Source of the DNA: Cyclobacteriaceae bacterium
Lineage (GTDB): Bacteria; Bacteroidota; Bacteroidia; Cytophagales; Cyclobacteriaceae
Direction of reading: 5' to 3'
NCBI GenBank assembly: GCA_025455465.1
Contig: JALOMI010000003.1
Location: 1,730 to 65,729 of the forward strand
DNA length: 64,000 nt
Of this stretch, positions 31,124 to 40,070 are shown in pieces. Positions within the stretch are counted from its first letter, which is position 1; each line of letters opens with the position of its first letter. The notes below the pieces were generated by a model, which was not told where the DNA came from, searched no databases, and was given only the letters and a program-made list of their open reading frames with translations. The position numbers were made by a program, and so were the translations under genes.

Positions 31124-32314
31124 TTAATTCCGAAGCCAAAGCTGGGGATCGAGCGCGGTGGTGCTTTTCCGGATTTGGAACCGCAATTCAGATATTCCAT
31201 CGGCATTGGATAGCACCTGGCCAATTTCCTGGTTGGTTTTTACCTGCTGTCCTTTTTTAACGTACACCTCTTTCAGACCGGCATAAACGGTAAAATACTC
31301 CCCATGGCTGATAATCACGGAGTTACCAAAGGGGGGTATAACTGCGATGTAGCGCACTTCTCCTTCAAAGATGGATTTTACTTTTTCGTTCTCCTTGGTC
31401 TGAATGTTTACTCCGTCATTCTGGATGATGATTCCTTTCAGCACCGGATGGTTCTGCCGGCCAAACTTCTGTGAAACAAAACCGGATACGGGCCAGGGAA
31501 ACTTCGATTTATTTTCTTCGAATGAATTTGAAAGCGCAGTGGTTACCGTAGTGCGGTCGCGGTTGGTTTCGCGCGCGGTGCGTTCCATCTCCTCGCGGAT
31601 GATGTCATTGATGCGCTTGTCCAGCACAGCCAGTGCCTTTTTGGTGTTTTCGAGGTCAGTGCGAAGAGACTTCTCTTGCTTCTCAAGATTCTTAACCACG
31701 GTATTCTGCTTTTTACGGAGCTCGTTCAGGTTGTTGTTTTCATCAAGTTCCTGGGTGAGCAAGACATTTTTTTCTGAGCGCCTGGCCTCAATCTGCTTCA
31801 CCTGAACGCCCAGCTCAGCCTGGACCTGCTGAATGGCGTTGACTTGTATCTTGCGCATTTTAGCGTATTGCCGCATATACCGAAGACGCATGAGCAGCTG
31901 ATCAAACGAATCGGCCGAGAACAGAAAGGCGAGGCGGGTGGCGCTGTTATTGGCTTTCTGTGCTGCAAACAGCATGGAAGCATATTCTTCGCGTAGTTTA
32001 TTCAGGTCTTCCTGCAGGGCCAGGATAAAGCCGTTGTTGGTGGCAATTTCACGATCGAGCAGAGCCAGCTCGGACCTGAAGGATTGAATGAGTTTCTCCT
32101 GAATGCTGATGCGCTGGTTTAATGCGTTAAGTTCGCCCAGTGTGCTTTTTTTCTGAACATTGGTTTCGTCAAGAATTTTCTCAACCTCCTTTATTTTCTG
32201 GAGATTCTCCTGCCGCTCTTTTTGAAGCTGCGCTTTCGTTTTCTGTTGCGCGGCAGCGGCAAAAGCTAGTAAGAGGCACAGAAAACCAATTCCAATCCGT
32301 TTACCGGCCCACAT
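31124..32314 (-). CDS. EnvC-like murein hydrolase activator / M23 peptidase-domain protein with a long coiled coil
   Basis: Signal peptide and about 230 aa of heptad-rich coiled coil. The C-terminal LytM/M23 domain carries NDGVNIQT...VIISHGEYFTVYAGL. Confidence 0.85.
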   Translation of the reverse strand: MWAGKRIGIGFLCLLLAFAAAAQQKTKAQLQKERQENLQKIKEVEKILDETNVQKKSTLGELNALNQRISIQEKLIQSFRSELALLDREIATNNGFILALQEDLNKLREEYASMLFAAQKANNSATRLAFLFSADSFDQLLMRLRYMRQYAKMRKIQVNAIQQVQAELGVQVKQIEARRSEKNVLLTQELDENNNLNELRKKQNTVVKNLEKQEKSLRTDLENTKKALAVLDKRINDIIREEMERTARETNRDRTTVTTALSNSFEENKSKFPWPVSGFVSQKFGRQNHPVLKGIIIQNDGVNIQTKENEKVKSIFEGEVRYIAVIPPFGNSVIISHGEYFTVYAGLKEVYVKKGQQVKTNQEIGQVLSNADGISELRFQIRKSTTALDPQLWLRN

Positions 32315-33056
32315 ATTTTTTCGGAATGTTGAATGGAAACTTCAGTTCCTTATCACCGACTTCGGCCTTGTTGTATTCAAAGGTAACGGTTGTGTTAATC
32401 AGGCCTGATGGAGATTTGTACAGCAGTGATATGGTGCCGGTGTACGGAAACAATTTCTCACCCACCGGCTGAAAGTTTCCGTAGTTGATGGACATGGAAT
32501 TATGGGTGTCGTTCTCGCGCAATTCCACTTTCTGGATTTTCTGTGTGGTTGCGCTGATGTAGTTCAGCACATCAACAGTTCCTGAATTCTGCTTTAAAAG
32601 AAATGTCAATTCTTTAAGGTCAACATCATCAGAATTTTTTCTCGGCATCAACAGATTGCCCAGCAAGGCCGACTGAATAACGTTATAGTTTACTTCGAAA
32701 TTATAGCGTTTAGACAGTTCCTTAAAGTCGAATACATAATACTCCTTATCCACGTTGTTGATAATCGTGATGGAATCCTGGTTGATGAGTGCACGGCCAC
32801 CCTGCACGCCAACCACGGTGAAGTTCATCCAGATAACACTGTCTCTTCGCACGCGGATCACGGCTTTCACATCGCGTTCTTTACTGGCATCTTTGAGAAT
32901 CATCCGGGCGCGACCCTGGAAATAATCAAAGTCAATCTCTTGAATGGCGAGTAATTCTTCCGGTTCACGGGTATCAACGGTAGGGGTGGTTTTCCTGCTG
33001 CAGGCAGATATCACCAGTACCATTAGAAATAAAAATGAAGCCGTGTACTTATTCAT
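32301..33056 (-). CDS. DUF4292-like (LolA-fold-like) lipoprotein
   Basis: I start it at the ATG at 33056 (MNKYTASFLFLMVLVISAC lipobox). It overlaps the upstream TPR gene by 8 nt and the downstream M23 gene by 14 nt. The family name is recalled from the conserved TPR-DUF4292-M23 triad. Confidence 0.65.
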   Translation of the reverse strand: MNKYTASFLFLMVLVISACSRKTTPTVDTREPEELLAIQEIDFDYFQGRARMILKDASKERDVKAVIRVRRDSVIWMNFTVVGVQGGRALINQDSITIINNVDKEYYVFDFKELSKRYNFEVNYNVIQSALLGNLLMPRKNSDDVDLKELTFLLKQNSGTVDVLNYISATTQKIQKVELRENDTHNSMSINYGNFQPVGEKLFPYTGTISLLYKSPSGLINTTVTFEYNKAEVGDKELKFPFNIPKKYVGR

Positions 33057-34842
33057 AGAGTTTTCGGTTGGCAATTTTTTTATTGAGTTGGTCACTCGGA
33101 CTGGCCGATAGTTGTTTAGCCTTCTCCCACTGTTGTACAGCTTGATCAACTTCACCGAGCTTGAACAGGATATCGCCATAGTGTTCATAATGTGTGGCGT
33201 TGGCTTGCCCGGTGGCAAGGGCTTTCTCCATAACCTTGCGTGCCTCCTTGTATTTCTGGCGAGCATACAGCACCCACGCATGTGTGTCTAAAAAGGTCGC
33301 ATTATCAGGGTTATTTTTAATAAGGCGTGCAGACATTTGTTCTGCTTTTTCCAACGTTGCCTTGCGAAGGGCCAGGTAATAAGCGTAGTTGTTCAGTACT
33401 ACGCTATTGTCCGGGTTGTAGGCCAATGCCTCTTCATAGGCTTTATCAGATTTATCATACTCTTTGGTGCCGTTATACGAATCGCCAAGCATGGCATTCA
33501 GTTCGCTGGTCATGGCCGGATCAGAGGCTGCCAGGCGCTTGCCGGTTTCAAGCATGAAAGCCGCCTCACGGAAACGATTCTTTCGAAGGTGGGCCATGCC
33601 GCTGAAGTAATACAGCATGCTTTGATTGGGATAATACTCCAGCGCACGTTCAGCATAATTAAGTACTCCGTTATAATCCCCGCGCTGAGCGCAGAGATAC
33701 AACAGGTTTTGCCAAACCTCAAAATTTACCTCACCCTGGTCAACGGCTTTGCGGTAGTAGTCCTCAGCTTCTTCGTAGCGCCCCATCGATAAATACATGT
33801 CACCGCCAATCACCATTATGTTCACTTCCTGCGGATATTCTTTCACCAGCAGAGTAAACAATTCCAACGTAAAGTTTTCGGTGCCGGTATCGTTCTGGTT
33901 GGCTGCCCGTTTGTTGTTTAGTTCAGCATTATAGGTACTCAATACAATGAGCTTGCTGTTCAGATCAACTTCGGGATTGTTGAAAGCCTGAAGAATTAAT
34001 GTACGCGCCTTGCTTTCCTGCCCTTTGTCACGGTATAAACCGGCCAGCAGAATGCTGGCATTAGGCGATGATTCGTTCTCAACAGAAAAATGTTCCAGCA
34101 CCTGAATGGCTTTATCCAGCTGATTGTTTTCCGAAAGGAATTCAGCCATGGCCACAGCATATGGTTCCTCATCCGGAAAAGCACGTAATAGTTTTTCGCC
34201 TTCCTGGACAGCTTCATTCAATTTTCCCATCTCGGCATAAAGCCTGAGTTTTTGCATGGACGAGGTCTCATTAACACCGAAGTATGTCTCGGCACGATCG
34301 TACGTCTTGATGGCTTCCAGCGTTTTACCGGAGAACTGGTAGATCAACGCAGCTTCAAAAAGGTATTCTTGCGTATCGGGCACCTCACGAAACATGGTTT
34401 CATAGAGTTGCGCAGCCCGATCGAATCGTGTCAGGTTGGAATAGATACCGGCACCCAGCAGGTAGAAGTATTTATTTTTTTTCTCGAATTGAAGCGCCTG
34501 TTCAATGCTAAGCGAGGCCTTAAGAAGGTCTTCCTGTTTTTCACTGCGCGTATACACTTCCGCCATCTTGTAATGGATAGTAGCGTTCTCAGGCATGATG
34601 TCGAGGGCACGTTGGTAATAGACGAGCGCTTTAGCGAAGTCTTCCACCATGAAATATTTTTCGGCTTCGGTGAAGTAGAACTCAGCCTCGCGCGATTTGA
34701 GTGATCCTGCTGCGGGAGAACCCGTTTCGGGCTTCTTTTTTTTCTGAGCCTGCAAGCTTGCCGGAAGAATCTGCAGTAAAACCAGCAGGACGATATGTAA
34801 ACTTCGGATGGACAACCGTTTATGCGTTGGAAATAGCCTCAA
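33049..34842 (-). CDS. Secreted tetratricopeptide-repeat protein
   Basis: Many TPR units are visible (e.g. AKALVYYQRALDIMPENA, YDKSDKAYEEALAYNPDN). The start is uncertain: TTG at 34842, or in-frame TTG at 34815 giving MSIRSLHIVLLVLLQILPASLQA. No in-frame ATG lies near the N-terminus. Confidence 0.85.
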   Translation of the reverse strand: MRLFPTHKRLSIRSLHIVLLVLLQILPASLQAQKKKKPETGSPAAGSLKSREAEFYFTEAEKYFMVEDFAKALVYYQRALDIMPENATIHYKMAEVYTRSEKQEDLLKASLSIEQALQFEKKNKYFYLLGAGIYSNLTRFDRAAQLYETMFREVPDTQEYLFEAALIYQFSGKTLEAIKTYDRAETYFGVNETSSMQKLRLYAEMGKLNEAVQEGEKLLRAFPDEEPYAVAMAEFLSENNQLDKAIQVLEHFSVENESSPNASILLAGLYRDKGQESKARTLILQAFNNPEVDLNSKLIVLSTYNAELNNKRAANQNDTGTENFTLELFTLLVKEYPQEVNIMVIGGDMYLSMGRYEEAEDYYRKAVDQGEVNFEVWQNLLYLCAQRGDYNGVLNYAERALEYYPNQSMLYYFSGMAHLRKNRFREAAFMLETGKRLAASDPAMTSELNAMLGDSYNGTKEYDKSDKAYEEALAYNPDNSVVLNNYAYYLALRKATLEKAEQMSARLIKNNPDNATFLDTHAWVLYARQKYKEARKVMEKALATGQANATHYEHYGDILFKLGEVDQAVQQWEKAKQLSASPSDQLNKKIANRKLYE

Positions 34843-34929
34843 AAGTAATCAAAATTCTCTACTGCCATGGTTATCCTGCTGGCGCAAGTGCTGTAACTGG
34901 TGGGGCAGAGATAACACTTGATGAAGCAG

Positions 34930-36447
34930 CTACAGAATCTGCATCCGGTTTCTTTCAAGACGGTAAATAAGAAAACCGAGCAAAACGTAAATCATTATCC
35001 TCACACTTAAAAGTAAAGACATGCTGAAGAAGTTTAGCTGGTTGATCAGCCAGATACCCAAAACAGTGAGTATGATATAGAATGAATCACGCACCAGCGG
35101 GTAGGGTATCGGATAATAACGTTGCCCCAACCAGTAGCAGGATGCAGCCATACCGAAGTAAACCAGGAGGGTTACCCATGAACTTCCTTCATACCCGGCA
35201 ACCGGAATCAACAAGTAGTTTAACAGGATGGTGAAGAGGGCAGCACTGCCGGTAATCCAGGTGCTGAAGTATGTTTTATCGGTGATTTTATACCAGATGG
35301 AAACATTGTAATAGATGCCCAGAAAAAGATTGGCAAACAATAATACTGGTACCACATGCATGCCTTGCCGGTAAACTTCCTGCTGAAGAATGTATTGCAA
35401 CACGTCAAGGTTCGTGCTGATTACCAGCACGACAAAGCAACCAAAAACAATGAAAGCATGCGAAACTTTACTGAAAAGCTCTGGTGAATTTTTATCTGCT
35501 GCCCGGGAGAAAAAGAAAGGCTCAGCTGCGTATCGAAATGCCTGAACAGTCAGCGTCATGAACACGGAAAATTTATAGACAGCACCAAACACACCTAAGG
35601 CAGCTTCGTTGGATAAGCCGGGATAAAAATTTTCCGGCAGCCAGAAACGCAGCGCCCATCGCGATAGCATTTCATTCGTCACCCAGGCGAGACCAGCAAA
35701 TAAAATTGGATACGCATAGGTAAGCATGGGTCTTAAGGAAGTCCACTGGAATGAAAAACGAAACGATGAAAACACCGGCATCAACAAAAGCAATAAAGCA
35801 GCGTTGGCCAGCAGGTTCGACAGAAAGACATATTCGATTGAATAACCCGGCTGATAAACGGTTTCAGCTAAAGGTTTCAGAAAGGCCGGGTAATCTCCGC
35901 GCAACACAGCCGGGCAAACAGATAAGAAGAAAATATTCAACCCGATGTTCAACCCGATGTTGACCAGTTTGGTGATGGCGAAATAGACTGGTCTGTTTTC
36001 CAGGCGAAGCCGTGCAAAGGGTATGGCTACTATGGCATCGATAGCCAGGATGCCGGCAAACCAGCGGATGTAATGTTCTTTGCCGGGGTAGTGAAGGTAT
36101 TCGGTCAGCGGTGTGGCGATAACAAACAAGATTCCCGAGAGCAGGATGCTTGAAAGGAGCAAGGCACTGGTGGCCTGGTTGAACACACTGCCGGCATTGT
36201 CTTTTTGTGCCGTAGCAAACCGGAAATAGGCGGTTTCCATGCCGTAAGTAAACAGCACATTCAAAAAGGCCGCGTAGGCATAAAATTCAGTAATGGTGCC
36301 GTACTCTCCCGCTGCAAATATATAGGTATAATAGGGTACCAGGAGGTAGTTGAGCAGCCGCCCCAGGATGGAACTGGCTCCGTAGATGATCGTTTGGCCG
36401 GCAAGTTTTCGAAGGATACTCAAAATTTTAAAAATGAAAACGGCCAC
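34930..36447 (-). CDS. Polysaccharide/oligosaccharide flippase (Wzx/MOP superfamily) membrane protein
   Basis: 505 aa with about 14 hydrophobic helices. The N-terminal KLAGQTIIYGASSILGRLLNYLLVPYYT is typical of the polysaccharide biosynthesis protein family. Confidence 0.75.
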   Translation of the reverse strand: MAVFIFKILSILRKLAGQTIIYGASSILGRLLNYLLVPYYTYIFAAGEYGTITEFYAYAAFLNVLFTYGMETAYFRFATAQKDNAGSVFNQATSALLLSSILLSGILFVIATPLTEYLHYPGKEHYIRWFAGILAIDAIVAIPFARLRLENRPVYFAITKLVNIGLNIGLNIFFLSVCPAVLRGDYPAFLKPLAETVYQPGYSIEYVFLSNLLANAALLLLLMPVFSSFRFSFQWTSLRPMLTYAYPILFAGLAWVTNEMLSRWALRFWLPENFYPGLSNEAALGVFGAVYKFSVFMTLTVQAFRYAAEPFFFSRAADKNSPELFSKVSHAFIVFGCFVVLVISTNLDVLQYILQQEVYRQGMHVVPVLLFANLFLGIYYNVSIWYKITDKTYFSTWITGSAALFTILLNYLLIPVAGYEGSSWVTLLVYFGMAASCYWLGQRYYPIPYPLVRDSFYIILTVLGIWLINQLNFFSMSLLLSVRIMIYVLLGFLIYRLERNRMQIL

Positions 36448-36542
36448 TAATCAGCAAATTTTTTGCGGGGAGTTAAAGTTTACTTACAATAAATAAATGG
36501 TATTCATTTCCAAGCAGCATTATATTAATGGGCAACTATTTG

Positions 36543-36550
36543 TAAATTTG
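36543..36550 (+). promoter_or_regulatory. Candidate -7 box (TAAATTTG) for the T9SS cargo gene
   Basis: Exact TAnnTTTG match, 21 bp upstream of the TTG start at 36571. No clear -33 TTG was seen. Confidence 0.3.
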
Positions 36551-36570
36551 TGTAACCTATTCCATTCATT

Positions 36571-37581
36571 TTGAAGCAAATACTTGCATTTTTGTTCGTC
36601 TTATATGTCGTAGAAGGTTTTTCGCAGACCTGTACGGCATTGACTAGTGGAAATTGGAGCGGAGGAGGTCCTCCAACGGCCACATGGAGTTGTGGTAATC
36701 CGAATACTTTTTCTGGCACAATAATCATCCCTGCGGGCATTACAGTTACGATAACAAACAATTTAACCTGGAATGCGAATGTTGAAGTCTATGGAACTCT
36801 AATATTGGATAATCAACTTAATTTAGGTTCAACACCAGGATGTGGTTTCACACTTAGAATATTTGGTTCAGGCATTCTGATCAGGCCTACTGGTCCGGGT
36901 GCAAATGACCGTTTAATTATTTGTGGAAATACAATTGTTACCAGCCAGCCTGGACCCCCTCCCGGTACTATCGCTTGGCCTCCTGGGGGATTTGATTCTA
37001 CAACACCAGGTGGGGGTTTTGGCGAGGGTGGGTTTTTACCTGTAGAATTAATCTACTTTAAATCAGAAAGCAGCGGAGTTTCAATTGTTCTACTTTGGGC
37101 TACTTCTAAAGAAGAAAACTTCAGTCACTTTGTTGTAGAGCATGCCGTGAACGGTGTTGACTTTGATGAGATTACAGAAATTCCCGGTGCCGGTTACAAC
37201 ACCGAAGACATTATTGAATATTCCTATACCCATAAAGTGCCAAAACTTGGTTTCAATTATTACCGCCTGAAGGCCGTTGATCTGGATGGTACGTTTGAAT
37301 ATTTCGGCCCGATTGGTGAACGCTTCCGTGGTGAGCAGGCCTTATGGGTTTTCCCGAACCCGGCTGCATCGGATAAAGTTCAGTACGAAATCAATTTCAC
37401 ACCTAATGAATCCGACCGCGTTCAGGTTTATAATCAGCTGGGAACATTGATTGCTGATCTTCCGGCCGTGGTGCATACCGGTACGGTTTATTTCCAGGAG
37501 GCTCTCAAGCCGGGCGCTTATGTGCTTCGTTACTCCGGTTCGGGTGAAGTGCTCTCCGCACGCTTTATCGTGCTGAAGTAA
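36571..37581 (+). CDS. Secreted T9SS cargo protein of unknown function: beta-helix-like N-domain, Pro/Gly linker, Ig/Fn3-like domain and T9SS C-terminal sorting domain
   Basis: TTG start followed by a clean signal peptide (KQILAFLFVLYVVEGFSQ). The middle carries LPVELIYFKSE...LLWATSKEENFSHFVVE. The sorting domain covers the last 79 aa, 37342-37578 (VFPNPAASDKV...GAYVLRYS...ARFIVLK). Confidence 0.75.
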   Translation: MKQILAFLFVLYVVEGFSQTCTALTSGNWSGGGPPTATWSCGNPNTFSGTIIIPAGITVTITNNLTWNANVEVYGTLILDNQLNLGSTPGCGFTLRIFGSGILIRPTGPGANDRLIICGNTIVTSQPGPPPGTIAWPPGGFDSTTPGGGFGEGGFLPVELIYFKSESSGVSIVLLWATSKEENFSHFVVEHAVNGVDFDEITEIPGAGYNTEDIIEYSYTHKVPKLGFNYYRLKAVDLDGTFEYFGPIGERFRGEQALWVFPNPAASDKVQYEINFTPNESDRVQVYNQLGTLIADLPAVVHTGTVYFQEALKPGAYVLRYSGSGEVLSARFIVLK

Positions 37582-37604
37582 CCTGCCTTAGTTTTAACCT
37601 GATT

Positions 37605-38573
37605 TTATTTTTCCACCTCATCCGCCAGCAGAGCAGGCAGGTTCTGCAGGATGTCTTCCGTCATGGAGGCCAAGGCAAAGGCCGGTTGCCAGCCCCAGTC
37701 TTTGCGTGCTGCACTGTCATCAATGGATTTGGGCCAGCTGTCGGCAATACTTTGTCTGAAATCCGGATTGTAGGAGATGGTGAACTCGGGAATATGCTTG
37801 CGAATCTCAGCGGCAATTTCAGCCGGGCAGAAACTCATCGCGGCAATATTATAACTCGAGCGCACTTTTACTTTTTCCTTTGGGGCTTCCATGATATCCA
37901 GCGTTGCCTTCACGGCATCGTCCATGTACATCATGGGCAGATAGGTGTCTTCTTTCAGAAAGCACTCGTATTTTTTGTCGGTGATGGCCTTGAAGTAGAT
38001 GTCCACGGCATAGTCAGTGGTGCCACCGCCAGGCTTTGATTTATAGCCGATCAAACCCGGATAGCGTAAACTGCGCACATCCACACCCTTATTCCGGAAA
38101 TACCAGTCGCACCAGCGTTCACCGGCAAATTTGCTGATACCATAAATGGTGGTAGGGTCCATGACCGTGTGTTGTGGTGTATTGAGTTTCGGTGTTGTAG
38201 GTCCGAAGGCCGCGATGGAACTGGGCCAGTAAACGCGGTCAAGCTTGAATTCTACAGCAGCATCCAATACATGGATCAGGCTGTCCATATTCAGGTTCCA
38301 CGCAAACTTGGGGTTCTTTTCACCGGTAGCCGAAAGCACGGCAGCAAGATGATAAATCTGGGTGATGCTGTTCTTTTTAATGAAATCGAAAAGCTGTTTC
38401 TGCTTCAGGGCATCGAGTATTTCAAAATTTCCTTGCGACAGGATGCCTTGCGGATCTTTAATGTCGGTGGCGATTACATTTTCCTTGCCGTACAAATTCC
38501 ACAAACCCTGGGTCAGTTCCGTGCCCAGTTGCCCCCCTGCACCGATAATCAGAATCTTATGCTTTTTCATCAC
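37605..38573 (-). CDS. tdh: L-threonine 3-dehydrogenase, SDR/epimerase-like type
   Basis: Rossmann motif ILIIGAGGQLG. It has the extended-SDR layout with YGISK (YxxxK). It is divergently paired with kbl, the partner enzyme of the Thr-to-Gly pathway. Confidence 0.8.
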   Translation of the reverse strand: MMKKHKILIIGAGGQLGTELTQGLWNLYGKENVIATDIKDPQGILSQGNFEILDALKQKQLFDFIKKNSITQIYHLAAVLSATGEKNPKFAWNLNMDSLIHVLDAAVEFKLDRVYWPSSIAAFGPTTPKLNTPQHTVMDPTTIYGISKFAGERWCDWYFRNKGVDVRSLRYPGLIGYKSKPGGGTTDYAVDIYFKAITDKKYECFLKEDTYLPMMYMDDAVKATLDIMEAPKEKVKVRSSYNIAAMSFCPAEIAAEIRKHIPEFTISYNPDFRQSIADSWPKSIDDSAARKDWGWQPAFALASMTEDILQNLPALLADEVEK

Positions 38574-38648
38574 TTTCGATTATCCGGGAAAGTTAAAGAA
38601 TTTTGACTTTTACGCCCTTCGCTTAGGAAGACATTTACAGGAAGGGTT

Positions 38649-38656
38649 TAATTTTG
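38649..38656 (+). promoter_or_regulatory. Candidate -7 box (TAATTTTG) for kbl
   Basis: TAnnTTTG match in the 144-bp tdh/kbl divergent intergenic region, 62 bp upstream of the kbl ATG. Confidence 0.3.
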
Positions 38657-38717
38657 GCCGCGGATAAACCGATGTGGTTTAGCTGATAATTCTGACTATT
38701 AACTCTTTACCCTAATT

Positions 38718-39914
38718 ATGTACAAAACATTTCAACCGGTTTTGGAAAAAGAACTGCAAGCCATTCGCGCGGCAGGATTGTTCAAGCGCGAGCGCATCAT
38801 CACTTCTCCGCAAGGAGCAGACATCATGGTGGAGGGCGGCAAGCAGGTCATAAATTTCTGCGCAAATAACTATTTGGGCTTGTCTTCGCATCCCCGGGTA
38901 ATTGAGGCTGCCAAGCGCGCCATTGATACGCATGGTTTTGGAATGTCATCCGTGCGGTTTATCTGCGGCACGCAGGATATCCACAAAGAACTGGAGCAAA
39001 AGATCTCCGACTTCCTGCGCATGGAAGATACAATTCTTTATGCGGCTGCGTTCGATGCCAATGGTGGCGTGTTTGAACCCCTGCTGGGCGCAGAGGATGC
39101 GATTATTTCGGATGAGTTGAATCATGCTTCAATTATTGATGGTGTTCGTTTGTGCAAAGCCATGCGTTACCGTTATAGGCATAACGACATGGATGACCTG
39201 GAAAGGCAGCTGCGCGATGCACGGGCAGCGGGCGCAAAACAAATACTCATCGTAACCGATGGCGCTTTTTCCATGGACGGCACTATCGCCAAGCTCGATA
39301 AGATCTGTGACCTCGCTGATCAGTTTGAAGCCCTGGTGATGACTGATGAATGCCACGCAACCGGTTTTTTGGGAAAGACCGGCCGCGGTGTGCCTGAATA
39401 CCGCGGGGTGATGGATCGCGTGGATATTATTACAGGTACACTGGGCAAGGCGCTCGGGGGCGCTTCTGGTGGCTTTACATCGGCCCGAAAAGAAATTATT
39501 GAAATGCTTCGCCAGCGCTCAAGGCCTTACCTTTTCTCCAATACATTAGCTCCCTCCATTGTAGGCGCTTCCATTGAAGTATTCAATATGCTTTCAGAAA
39601 CAACTGCGCTTCGCGATAAGCTGGAAGAGAACACAAAATACTTCCGTGCGGCCATGACAGCTGCCGGTTTCGACCTCAAGCCTGGTGAGCATCCCATTGT
39701 GCCCATCATGTTATACGATGCGCCATTGGCTCAACAGTTTGCCGAGAAGTTGCTGGATGAAGGCATCTATGTGATCGGCTTCTTCTTCCCGGTAGTGCCT
39801 AAAGGACAGGCCCGGATACGCGTGCAATTATCGGCTGCACACGAACGGCATCACCTCGACAAAGCCATCCTTGCATTTACCAAAGTGGGTAAAGAACTTG
39901 GGGTGTTGAAATAG
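38718..39914 (+). CDS. kbl: Glycine C-acetyltransferase (2-amino-3-ketobutyrate CoA ligase)
   Basis: 398 aa. Motifs: [29 protein letters not shown] and the PLP-Lys block [14 protein letters not shown]. Confidence 0.95.
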   Translation: MYKTFQPVLEKELQAIRAAGLFKRERIITSPQGADIMVEGGKQVINFCANNYLGLSSHPRVIEAAKRAIDTHGFGMSSVRFICGTQDIHKELEQKISDFLRMEDTILYAAAFDANGGVFEPLLGAEDAIISDELNHASIIDGVRLCKAMRYRYRHNDMDDLERQLRDARAAGAKQILIVTDGAFSMDGTIAKLDKICDLADQFEALVMTDECHATGFLGKTGRGVPEYRGVMDRVDIITGTLGKALGGASGGFTSARKEIIEMLRQRSRPYLFSNTLAPSIVGASIEVFNMLSETTALRDKLEENTKYFRAAMTAAGFDLKPGEHPIVPIMLYDAPLAQQFAEKLLDEGIYVIGFFFPVVPKGQARIRVQLSAAHERHHLDKAILAFTKVGKELGVLK

Positions 39915-39937
39915 CAGGATAGGATTATTAGATAAGC

Positions 39938-39965
39938 GAAGGCCGGGCAGTGATGTCCGGCCTTC
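39938..39965 (+). terminator. Hairpin terminator after kbl
   Basis: GAAGGCCGG (39938-39946) pairs with CCGGCCTTC (39957-39965) around a 10-nt loop. The following T tract is short (CTTAGTT). Confidence 0.5.
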
Positions 39966-40070
39966 TTAGTTGATGCCTTTATGCAGGATGACTGGTCTTT
40001 ATTTCTATTTCACCAATCCTGTCAATTCAAGCTGATTTTCGGTTAACTTTTGAGTCTCAAATTCTGCTGT

